DNA of 63,892 nucleotides, counting the filler, from Octopus bimaculoides (lineage: Eukaryota): NCBI RefSeq assembly GCF_001194135.2. It is 5 parts of 5 records of this genome, joined end to end, with 100 filler letters (N's around TTAATTAATTAA, not from the genome) between each part and the next. Parts side by side here need not be neighbours in the genome. Positions count along the whole stretch, not along the records: positions 41,093 to 57,964 come from NC_068991.1; positions 58,065 to 59,612 come from NC_068981.1; positions 59,713 to 63,892 come from NC_069007.1; 2 more parts are not named here. One strand, written 5' to 3'. Shown here piece by piece: positions 48,369 through 59,774 of the stretch (positions are counted from its first letter, which is position 1; each line of letters starts with the position of its first letter). A program made the position numbers and the translations under genes. Below the pieces are notes generated by a model. That model did not search any database. It saw nothing but the letters and a program-made list of their open reading frames with translations, and was not told the origin of the DNA.

Positions 48369-49288
48369 TGAATCACTTTTACCAATCTATCATCTCCTTA
48401 TATATTTCTTGGTATCACGGTATCAGTTAAACTATCAGATGTTATACATCACTGATCACAATGCACTTTGCAGTGTTCTACCTTTCAAATGCTGGTTTGG
48501 CAAGCAGGCCAACATTTCTCTGGTCGGAAAGCTACTTCATCCACAGGGTTATCCGACAACACAAAATGTTTTGCTCAACAACATGCCACCCAGTTTGGGA
48601 ACCAAACGCATGACCTAGCAACTGTGAGTTCAATACCCTAGCCACTAGGTTAAGCACTTCCACCTTATATATTTACTGTTGGATAATTCCCGTTTGAGGG
48701 GAAACAAGAATTTATCATCCATTGTTCAGATACAATGAGAATTTATAATCGTTGTCATATTGTCTGGGATTTCAAATGTGGATTTCCCCACATTGAATAG
48801 ACACTAGTACGTTGGTCTGAACCTATTTATGTTGGTTGTTCCTTTGACCTGGTCAAGTTACTCCATAGAAGAAAACTTCCTTGTTGTGCCATTGATTATA
48901 AATATCAACCGCGTGTTTGTTTACGAGCTGGAATTTATTAAACGTGTGTTGGGTTCTCAACAGAGTAAGGTGAATCACTCCATAAACTGCACCTTTGCCC
49001 TTTCATATGGCCACTATTTTTTTGGAATAGATGAATATAAATGTAACACATTATTTTGATTACATTGTTTACATTTGACAGATATTTAAATATAGAACGG
49101 TGTTTTGATTACATCTTGGTTTTTCTCTCTTTTATTTATAACTTAGGTCAATGTTTCTTAACCATTTTTTGCCTTTTCAATCCCTTTAATTCCTATTTTA
49201 TTCTACTGGAGTATTGTTAGGATGGCATAATTGTTGAAATAGGTTGTGTGTAATTAACTGGTTCATGAATTTTTTTTTGATTCCAAAA

Positions 49289-49506
49289 GACAACGAGCTG
49301 GCAGAAACGTTAGCACGCCAGACAAAATGCTTAGCGGTATTTCGTCTGTCTTTACGTACTGAGTTCAAATTCTGCCGAGGTTAACTTTGCCTTTCATCCT
49401 TTCGGGGTTGATAAATTAAGTACCAGTTGCATACTGGGGCCGATCTAATCGACTAGCCCCCTCCCCCAAAATTTCAGGCTTTGTGCCTAGAGTTGAAAAG
49501 AATATA
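49289..49506 (+). mobile_element. SINE family B with 12-bp TSD
   Basis: TSD TTGATTCCAAAA at 49277-49288 and 49507-49518. Confidence 0.9.
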
Positions 49507-50365
49507 TTGATTCCAAAATAATTAAATGAAAGGTTGACCTGGGGAATATTTTAATCCCAGAAAATAAAACGTCAGGAGAAACCCATGCAGATTACTGTCT
49601 TAAGTTCTGGCACTCATAAGGCTGGTCATTTGGTTTCCATGGCATATAAGTTAATGAGATCACAATATCTCCCTTAAACATGATACCAGTTGATTGCAGG
49701 CTGATCTCAGATAAAGAATCTTGCAAACCAAATCCAAAAACGAAATTTCAACACTTCTCATTTTAAAAGTTACGTTTATCCTAGCTTTTATTTTATCTTA
49801 TTTTATTTTTTTTTTGTATTTCCTCAAAAGTTCTTTTTTTTCTGAAGAATCAAAACAATTATCTTATAAGTTGAAATACATCACTCTTATGTTTATTATT
49901 TCAACCGGATTTAGTTCCTTGTAAATACAAAAACATTTATAAAGTACAAACTGTGACTCTATGGTACTTAACAACACATTGTTTATGAGTTACTAATTGA
50001 CATTCTCTACAAAGAGTGACTCTGTGTAAAGTTAATCAATTTCTAGACTCAGTCATTGATGAGTTATTTTCAGAATGAAATTTTACTCGGACAGGACCTA
50101 CGAACATCCTTTCCAATCACGGAGGGCATTGACAGAAAGTGAAATACAGGAAATCTCACTGTCAATACGGATAGCCAATGACCCCCACCTCTCAAACGTG
50201 AGTCCACAATAAGAGATGAAAGGGAAGCAATTGATTTGTTATTGGGCTTTTTGGGGGATTTTTTTTGTTGCTATTTAGCAGAATATATTCATGATTCACA
50301 CACACTTATATACACGTATATACATCCACATATATATGTGTGTGTGCATGTGTGTGCGTGCGTGC

Positions 50366-50396
<31 letters not shown>

Positions 50397-50609
50397 AGTG
50401 TGTGTATGTGTGTGTGTATGTGTGTGTGTGTATGTGTGTGTGTGTGTTTGTCTTCCTCCACTGCTTGATAACTGGAATTGGTTTGTTCACATGTCTGTAA
50501 CTTAGCAGTGCAACAAAAGAAACTGATAGAATAAGTAACTGGCTTAAAAAAAGAAGAAAAAAAGGCAAAAAGTACTGAGTCATGGTTGAGTTCATTGCCT
50601 CAAACCCTA

Positions 50610-50915
50610 GAGTACTCAAGCTGCTGGCAACCTGTGACGAAAGCTAGATGTTCTGTTACAATCCAGAGACCAAGAGACAAAGTGCCTGATGGAAAGCATC
50701 CTGGCCTTCCCATACCCAAGAAGGCAAAGCAAGTCCACCAGAAAGTTCATGACGATCCCCTTTTATGACAGCAAGGACATCATCTACATCCACAGTGTAC
50801 CCTCTGGCCTGGTGGTCAACAAAGAGCACTTCGAGGAGGTTTTGAGATGGGGTTCATCGTAAATGTCCAGAACACTTCTCCTGCACATGCGTCAGGACAA
50901 TGCACCATTCCAATT
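50610..50915 (+). mobile_element. Mariner catalytic-domain relic
   Basis: ATCDES..CYNPETKRQSA*WK..GLPIPKKAKQ...DSKDIIYIHSVPSGLVVNKEHFEEVLR...HMRQDNAP. Confidence 0.8.
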
Positions 50916-51005
50916 CTTTGGAGGATTTCTATCAGAGTGGCTGGAGGGCTACAAGTTTATAGAAGTCAGAGGATTCTATCTTAAAGGAGATCAGAGTTTT
51001 GTACC

Positions 51006-51440
51006 TCATCATCAAAATCATCATCATCATCATGATCATCATCATCATCATTTAACGTCTGTTGTCCATGCTGGCTTGGGCTGGACAGTTTGACTGGGTT
51101 GGCACACTGGAAGGCTGCACCAAGCTCCAGTCTGGTTTGGCAGGGTTTTCTATGCTTGGATGCCCTTCCTGATGCCAACCACTTCGAGAGTGTAATGGGT
51201 GCTTTTATGTGCTACGAGTACAGGTGCCATTTGTGTGACACCAGGGTGCTTTTACATGTCACTGGCACAGGTGCCAATTTGTGTGACACTGGTATCTGCC
51301 ATGACTGTGATTATGCTTGGCTTCATGGGTCTTCTCAAGCATGACATAATGCCAAAGGTCTCGGTCATTGCCTCCGTGAGGCCCAATGCTCAAAAGGGAC
51401 TCGGCCACTTTGCCTCCGTGAGGCCCAACACCTGAAAGGA
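51006..51440 (-). mobile_element. (GAT)n-tailed retroposon (same family as 7086-7527)
   Basis: (CAT)n then TTTAACGTCTG..CATGCTGGC...GGATGCCCTTCCT. Confidence 0.8.
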
Positions 51441-52185
51441 ATTCAGCCGCTTTGAGATTAATAAATGTCTCACCTGAAAATATCTCAAGACTTCTGGAAT
51501 ACACTTATGCACTTATGCGTGCATGTGTGTGTGTGTGCGTGCGTGCATGTGTGTATGTGTGTGTGTGTTTGTGTGTGTGTATGTGTGTACACATATTATT
51601 TGTTCTCTACTTTCTAATTCAGTTGACTATAATTCTATATTTTATGCTACTTTCTATGGAATTGGTAACCCTGCAAAGCAAATTTGTAACTCACTATTTA
51701 TCCTTAGGAGCAAAATTCTTAATGCAACCAAAATATTAGCATAATTAACATTTTGCATGATTAACATTTTGCATTACTTGAAAATTATTTAAAACTCACT
51801 GAAAATCTATTCGCCCAAACATTCTTCATCAGGTGGGTTTTCTCCAAAGAAACTTTGTCCTGAGGAGTTTTTGTCTGAATCCCATTCTTAGACAACTTAT
51901 ATTATTTTATATAGTTTCCAGAACTGGTAACAGCATTACTCAGAGTTTCATCAAACTGCTATATATTAATGTAAGATTTTTCAGTCATAAATCATTGGGT
52001 CATTGATTGACAAAACACACACACACATACACACATCTTCAAATGTTATTCAGGTCACATTCTTAAATTCCAGTCATTCCTGTATTTGTAATTTGTAAAG
52101 TGTCTATCTTCCTTTCTACAAGCATTTTGTGAGATCAAGTTTTTGTGCTCATTCAAAAGAAGTCAGCATATGCAATACATACGCG

Positions 52186-52225
<40 letters not shown>

Positions 52226-52892
52226 AATATACACACATGCATAGATCGGANNNNNNNNNNNNNNNNNNNNNNNNNNNNNNNNNNNNNNNNNNNNNNNNNN
52301 NNNNNNNNNNNNNNNNNNNNNNNNNNNNNNNNNNNNNNNNNNNNNNNNNNNNNNNNNNNNNNNNNNNNNNNNNNNNNNNNNNNNNNNNNNNNNNNNNNNN
52401 NNNNNNNNNNNNNNNNNNNNNNNNNNNNNNNNNNNNNNNNNNNNNNNNNNNNNNNNNNNNNNNNNNNNNNNNNNNNNNNNNNNNNNNNNNNNNNNNNNNN
52501 NNNNNNNNNNNNNNNNNNNNNNNNNNNNNNNNNNNNNNNNNNNNNNNNNNNNNNNNNNNNNNNNNNNNNNNNNNNNNNNNNNNNNNNNNNNNNNNNNNNN
52601 NNNNNNNNNNNNNNNNNNNNNNNNNNNNNNNNNNNNNNNNNNNNNNNNNNNNNNNNNNNNNNNNNNNNNNNNNNNNNNNNNNNNNNNNNNNNNNNNNNNN
52701 NNNNNNNNNNNNNNNNNNNNNNNNNNNNNNNNNNNNNNNNNNNNNNNNNNNNNNNNNNNNNNNNNNNNNNNNNNNNNNNNNNNNNNNNNNNNNNNNNNNN
52801 NNNNNNNNNNNNNNNNNNNNNNNNNNNNNNNNNNNNNNNNNNNNNNNNNNNNNNNNNNNNNNNNNNNNNNNNNNNNNNNNNNNNNNNNNNNN

Positions 52893-52929
<37 letters not shown>

Positions 52930-53130
52930 TTGTGTGCCTGTGTTTGTCCCCCACCCCACCATCACTTGACAACTGATGTTGGTATGTTTACGTCCCCATA
53001 ACTCAGTGACTGATAGAATAAGAACTAGGCTTACAAAGAATAAGCCCTGGGATCGATTTGTTTAACTAGAGGGAGTGCTCCAGCATGGCTGCAGTCAAAT
53101 GACTGAATCAAGTAAAACAATAAAAGAATA
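52930..53130 (+). mobile_element. SINE family A tail
   Basis: Family tail motif; further tails at 50440-50600 and 55130-55360. Confidence 0.85.
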
Positions 53131-53402
53131 CATACATATATATATATATATATATACTGTCTTATAAAAAGGAAATAAAGATGACATGGTTCCGGTTTGG
53201 TGGAGTAGCTTTGAACGTAGATACAGTTCATTGGTTTTGGGAAGGGTTTGGTTAAACAATAGCAAAACCAACAGCTACAACTGTATCTCGCCCCTATCAC
53301 ACAATCACTGCACGCATCTACAAAGCGATAGGACAAGTAGTCCCCACTTATAAAAAAAGCTACTGTTTATAGAACAAGTATAACACGGAACTAGTGAACG
53401 AA

Positions 53403-53516
53403 GCCAGCTGATTGGCTGACATATGTGGTGACCGGGTTGGTGGGGAGATCTGGAAACTACCAATGCACTTATAAATACCACCAGAAAACATTACCACCAC
53501 CACCACCACAGCCATG
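53403..53516 (+). promoter_or_regulatory. Candidate Pol II core promoter (inverted NF-Y CCAAT box, TATA box, downstream ATG)
   Basis: CTGATTGGCT at 53408-53417 (AGCCAATCAG on -), CCAAT at 53460-53464, TATAAATA at 53470-53477, GCCATGA at 53511-53517; non-repetitive context. Confidence 0.4.
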
Positions 53517-53547
53517 ACCGTCACCACATATAATCACACACATTCAG

Positions 53548-53604
<57 letters not shown>

Positions 53605-55358
53605 NNNNNNNNNNNNNNNNNNNNNNNNNNNNNNNNNNNNNNNNNNNNNNNNNNNNNNNNNNNNNNNNNNNNNNNNNNNNNNNNNNNNNNNNNNNNNNNN
53701 NNNNNNNNNNNNNNNNNNNNNNNNNNNNNNNNNNNNNNNNNNNNNNNNNNNNNNNNNNNNNNNNNNNNNNNNNNNNNNNNNNNNNNNNNNNNNNNNNNNN
53801 NNNNNNNNNNNNNNNNNNNNNNNNNNNNNNNNNNNNNNNNNNNNNNNNNNNNNNNNNNNNNNNNNNNNNNNNNNNNNNNNNNNNNNNNNNNNNNNNNNNN
53901 NNNNNNNNNNNNNNNNNNNNNNNNNNNNNNNNNNNNNNNNNNNNNNNNNNNNNNNNNNNNNNNNNNNNNNNNNNNNNNNNNNNNNNNNNNNNNNNNNNNN
54001 NNNNNNNNNNNNNNNNNNNNNNNNNNNNNNNNNNNNNNNNNNNNNNNNNNNNNNNNNNNNNNNNNNNNNNNNNNNNNNNNNNNNNNNNNNNNNNNNNNNN
54101 NNNNNNNNNNNNNNNNNNNNNNNNNNNNNNNNNNNNNNNNNNNNNNNNNNNNNNNNNNNNNNNNNNNNNNNNNNNNNNNNNNNNNNNNNNNNNNNNNNNN
54201 NNNNNNNNNNNNNNNNNNNNNNNNNNNNNNNNNNNNNNNNATATATATATATATATATATAGATATAGATATATACATACATATATATATATATATACAT
54301 ATATATATGTATATATATATATTTGTATGTATGCATGTATGTATGCATGCATGCATATTTACACGGTTCTTCCTCAGTAGGCACCATCAGCACAGCAGTT
54401 GTTCAGTATGGCAATTTCAGCAAATTCTGGATTTTTGACATTATCTGTCCTTATTTAGTTTTGGCTGCAATTTTCATGAGATATTTGCATAGTTTTCTAT
54501 TGATGGGAATATAATTTTAATAAATTATGAATTTCTCTCACATTCAATATATCCTTGCTCATATTTAATTTTCATAATCAGGCCAGAGGTCATTTGGATT
54601 AGCTCATTTTTGCTTAATTTATGTAAATTACCTTAGAATATAAATGTTGCCTAATTTTTTTTTATACATGTGTGAGTCTCATGTTTATTGAAAATAAGGT
54701 TGTGTAGATGATGCAGATTGAAGCAGAAACATGTCCACAGTGGTTTGTCTTGTCTATAGGCAATCTGAAGCCTTTTCACGAATAGCATGTCAGTTTTGGA
54801 GAATACTTGAACATTTTTGAGATTATTTCCCCTTTACATTTATATGTGTATATATACTTTCATCAGGCACTGCCCACATAGCATTTTAGTTTGTTATGCC
54901 ATGTGGGCAGTGTCTGATGATTGTGCTAGGACACCAGACATGTTAAAAAATACTGCCTGGCATGCACTCAGCACATGAAATTGATAGTAGCACATAGAAA
55001 CATATATTGTGTTTATTAAATAATATTTATTTCTCATCGGATGAAGTACATTTTTTTATTATTTGCTGATCTTACCATCATGGAACAGTATAATAAATGC
55101 AAATATATACATAATATATATATATTTATTTCTGTGTTTATGTCTGTTTGACCTACCACCCCACTATCACTTGACAACCAATGTTGGTGTGTTTACATCC
55201 TGTAACATAGCAGTTTGGCAAAAGAGATTGATATAATAAGTACTAGGCTTACAAAGCATAAGTCCTGGAGGGTTGATTTGTTTGACTAAAAGTCTCTTTA
55301 AGGCAGTGCTCCAGCATGGTCGCAGTCAAAAATGACTGAAACGAGTAAAAGAATAAAA

Positions 55359-55394
<36 letters not shown>

Positions 55395-55539
55395 TTGTGA
55401 ATGTCTATATATTGTATGTATGTATGCATGTATGCATGTATGTATGTATGTGTATACAATACATATGCATATATATGCATGGCTTTTTCAATCCAAAGTG
55501 TCTTTTAACCAAATATTTACCTATTATTTATAATTTTTA

Positions 55540-55720
55540 TCTATTTCAAGTTCCACGAATACTGCATGTGGACTGTTGGTGATTTTTCCTTATTTTTCCT
55601 TATTTTTCTTTGGACTTTCCTGTTTCCGATGAAGAGCTCTATGCTCGAAACGTTAACAACTCTTTCCCTTCACCGAGTGTCTAATTAATATATTTCTTGT
55701 ACACTTCCTCAAATTCGTGT
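55540..55720 (+). mobile_element. Penelope pseudo-LTR-like repeat with minimal hammerhead-like motif (U4C)
   Basis: GGACTTTCCTGTTT CCGATGA A GAGC TCTAT GCTC GAAA CGTT; core at 55626-55654. Confidence 0.6.
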
Positions 55721-55770
55721 TTTTTTTTCTTTTTTCTCTGTTTTTTTTTTAATTGTTTGTTTATTTGAAT

Positions 55771-55814
<44 letters not shown>

Positions 55815-55818
55815 TATA

Positions 55819-56057
55819 CATTAATCTCTCAACTATCACAGGTATTACATTCCTCACCACACCCTCATGATAGGTGAAAATCCATGAAGTAAAAATAGTA
55901 CTGTACTGTATATTTTTTGTTTTATTTTTATAATTTGTATATATTTATTTTATTATAAATTCCAAACAACACCACGGAGGAATTGACGTAAGATTAAATG
56001 ATAAACTACGATCAGTGAACCGTGATAGGTGAACCACGATATGGTGAGGGATTACTG
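55819..56057. mobile_element. Tigger/pogo-type MITE, second copy
   Basis: Collinear with 45427-45647; ends GAGGGATTACTG|TA. Confidence 0.8.
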
Positions 56058-56222
56058 TATATATATTTATATATGTTTGTATGTGTATGTGCATTTAAGT
56101 GTGTGTGTATGTGTGTGTGTTNNNNNNNNNNNNNNNNNNNNNNNNNNNNNNNNNNNNNNNNNNNNNNNNNNNNNNNNNNNNNNNNNNNNNNNNNNNNNNN
56201 NNNNNNNNNNNNNNNNNATACA

Positions 56223-56258
<36 letters not shown>

Positions 56259-56282
56259 AATATATATATATTTATATATAAT

Positions 56283-56471
56283 TATAATTAGGGTTCATCA
56301 AAATTGCTTCACCACATACCGAAATTTAGAAATAGTAGTTAAATACTATTCCTCTACCATAAGATATCTCCCAGACAGCAATACTTTCAATCTTATGGTA
56401 GAGGAATAGTATTTAGCTGCTATTTCTAAATTTCCGTAAGTGGTGAAGCAATTTGCTGAACCCTAACTATA
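56283..56471. mobile_element. Hairpin MITE with ~78-bp arms and TA-rich flanks
   Basis: 56288-56365 is an imperfect reverse complement of 56390-56466. Confidence 0.9.
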
Positions 56472-57474
56472 ATTATGCTTCTAATTAAGGAATTTTTGTA
56501 TAAGGTTACCGATAAAGGTTCTTTTAGCATATCGAACTACTTGGTAAAATTATTAATTATTAATTAATTAATTAATTAATTAATTCTACCCTGTATTATT
56601 ATTGAATATATATATATATATTTACTTATATTTATATACATACATTTATATATCTGCATATATATGTCAATAAACATACACATACATAATTATATGTATT
56701 TATATATAATTATGCATATTTATATGTATAATGCATATATGTAAACATACTCATGATATATATATATATATATATAGGCAGTGTGTATGTATGTATTTAT
56801 ACATGTATTTATAAGCACACACGTATTCAATTGTCTGTTGTATACAAATAAAGCAACTAATTAAGAGTATAGTGTGTAAACCTCATCATAATTACAAAAG
56901 ACACACAAACACGTACGCATAGTGACAGGCACAGACAAGCAGACACACACTCACAAACACACACACAGACAAACTCATAGACAGACAGACATACGTACAC
57001 TCACACAAGCACATGCACATGCATGGACAGACCCATAAACAAACAGACACTAACACACATTCCTGTTGACACATACTAAAAGTGCCACCCCTTCCTCGAT
57101 ACATCCTTCTTTAGATTGTATCTTGTGTACTCATTCTAACTCAACCCTGCCCTCTTCCTTTTACTCTTGTTCTTTCACTCACTGTCATTCATATCGCCTC
57201 ACACTTTCTTTACTAACACTCCCATATACACAAACACACTCACTCACGTATATAAAGATATATGTTTATATTACATATATTTAAATATCGTTGGATTTCT
57301 TTTACGGAAAGCAGAAACCACCTTCGGTTCAATCGTGAGGACATAGATTTCTTGAAGTCATCTTTATCTCTCCCCTCATACAAGCAACACCAACATCACA
57401 AACGTTGCGTATTTATACAAGACCAACCATCACCCAATCCATTTAACGATTCTTAACTTATGCTTCCGATGCAG

Positions 57475-57645
57475 GGCGAGATTACTATGACAAACAATAC
57501 TATGTTGGATATGGTTCCCTTAGAGATAGGCAAGGATTTCAAATTACCTGACATTAATGAAAGATCAGTAACACCAGATTCATTCTCAGAAAATGGAAAT
57601 AACGGTATCTACCAATCAGATTCTCCACAGCACAGTCATAACCAG
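57475..57645 (+). CDS. Probable exon of an unidentified host gene (171 bp, phase 0/0)
   Basis: Branch-like CTTAAC at 57452-57457, acceptor ...CTTCCGATGCAG| and donor CAG|GTAAGA. Open frame GEITMTNNTMLDMVPLEIGKDFKLPDINERSVTPDSFSENGNNGIYQSDSPQHSHNQ in unique sequence. An ATG at 57460 is also in frame. Confidence 0.65.
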
Positions 57646-58094
57646 GTAAGAACACAGACTTCAATTTCTGTTATTTCATAAATTCTCACATGTATACATG
57701 CTTCTCTTACTCCTGTCTAATTTCTGATAAATGTTAGCACATTTGTGTATGTCTTTACATATATACCATATGCAAATGTATGTATGTGTGTGTATGTATA
57801 TATATATATATTTATATAGATAGATAGATAGATAGATATAATATTATATATACATATCTTTACCCATATTATATATACATATATACACAAACATATATAT
57901 GTGTGTGTGTATATACATATGTATGTGTATATATATACATATGTATATATGTATGTGTGTGTATNNNNNNNNNNNNNNNNNNNNNNNNNNNNNNNNNNNN
58001 NNNNNNNNTTAATTAATTAANNNNNNNNNNNNNNNNNNNNNNNNNNNNNNNNNNNNNNNNNNNNATATATATATATATATATATATACATATAT

Positions 58095-58249
58095 ACGACG
58101 AGCTTCATTCAGTTTCCGTCCACCAAATCCACCCACAAGCTTTTGGTCGGCCCGAGGCTATAGTAGAAGACACTTGCCCAAGGTGCCATGTAGTGGAACT
58201 AAACTCGGGACCATGTGGTTAGTATGCAAGCTTCTTACCACACAGCCAC
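58095..58249 (-). mobile_element. SINE family A head
   Basis: GACGAGCTTCATTCAGTTTCCG...GCCCAAGGTGCC...CTTACCACACAGCCAC. Confidence 0.9.
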
Positions 58250-58963
58250 GTAGGAGTATGGGATAAACATAGTTAGGGATAACCAACAACATTCAGGCTT
58301 TCGTTCTCCATTTATCGGGTAATTTGGGAGTTAGAATTCATTCTATATCCCTGCTTCTCTGAGCTATCATGTACTTAGCCCTTCTAAGCCCAGTCGATAC
58401 ACCCATTTTCCTTCTTAAAGCCACTCTTACGATGCCTCGTTCCCCAAATACAGCTCTAAACATTTCACCCAATTCTTCAGTTCCACTAAAGAAACTTTGC
58501 AGACATTTGAGGGGAAGTCTTCTTCTTCTTCTTCTTCTTCTTCTTCTTCTTCTTTTTAGTCTTCTTCTTTGTCTTCTTGTTGTTTACCCCCACATCATTC
58601 CTAAACTAGAGCGTCTGTGATGGAACATCCCATAACAACTCATGTCATTCATTTATTTAGATTTACTGTACCTAGAACTATATTATATAATGTTTATTTA
58701 CTTTCCCAGTAAGATAGAATGTGATTTGAGGAAGTTTTGGCTGCTATTTCCAGTGATCATGAAAAGACCATCTCCATCATCGTACGAACACCATTCACGT
58801 CAATTCCACCAACTCGAGTGAACCGGCAAAAGCAACAGGCTCTGCCAAACCTTCACCTCCTCTTCCTCCTCCTCCTACCCTTCGCGCTCATACGTGCATT
58901 TATATTAATTAATTTTTAATTAATTTAAATTCTGGTGTTATCTCCTCTGCCTTTCTTGCTTGG

Positions 58964-59036
58964 AATCAATCATTAAGATAGCGCTGAGAAACAAACATTA
59001 AGATAATGTTTGTTTCTCAGCACTATGAGATTGATT
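58964..59036. repeat. ~73-nt hairpin: 22-bp inner stem with 1 mismatch, 3-nt loop, plus 8-bp basal stem
   Basis: TAGCGCTGAGAAACAAACATTA-AGA-TAATGTTTGTTTCTCAGCACTA with flanking AATCAATC/GATTGATT. Confidence 0.85.
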
Positions 59037-59301
59037 GAATTTTATCGCTCCACTACAATAAATAAATATGGTAGCGCCTACTTTACAACGTAAACAAAAT
59101 TTTGTCACAGTGCATTCAACAGTATCAGTACTAACAATATTCATTGTTTGGTCAAGCGAAATATGTTACACTACCTTATATGAAATTCACAAATACATTA
59201 CAACTGTAACTACTTGACACAGGGCTGGGTTAAGACCCACTGAGGCCCTAAGCGCTTAAAAGATTCTGATGCCCTCCAAGTATATGTAATTCAAAATATG
59301 T

Positions 59302-59612
59302 TGTCGGCACTCCGTCGCTTACGACGTCGAGGGTTCCAGTTGATCCGGTCAACGGAACAGCCTGCTCGTGAAATTAACGTATAAGTGGCTGAGCACTCCA
59401 CAGACACGTGTACCCTTAACGTAGTTCCCGGGGATATTCAGCGTGACACAGTGTGACAAGGCTGACCCTTTGAATTACAGGCACAACAGAAACAGGAAGT
59501 AAGAGTGAGAGAAAGTTGTGGTGAAAGAGTACAGCAGGGTTCGCCACCATCCCCTGCCGGAGCCTCGTGGAGCTTTTAGGCGTTTTCGCTCAATAAACAC
59601 TCACAACAGCCG
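59302..59612 (-). mobile_element. SINE-like family C copy (young, cut by scaffold end)
   Basis: CpG-rich; matches 48135-48368. Confidence 0.85.
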
Positions 59613-59774
59613 NNNNNNNNNNNNNNNNNNNNNNNNNNNNNNNNNNNNNNNNNNNNTTAATTAATTAANNNNNNNNNNNNNNNNNNNNNNNNNNNNNNNN
59701 NNNNNNNNNNNNCACGTAACTCATTTTTTCCATTTAATCCTCATTTTAATTTTCGAAAAAGTTTCCCAGGACAA

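Noticed and set aside
54323-54514. Hydrophobic ORF after TTCTTCCTCAG acceptor-like site
   Set aside because: Starts in a microsatellite and has no homology cue; AT-rich hydrophobic frames arise by chance.
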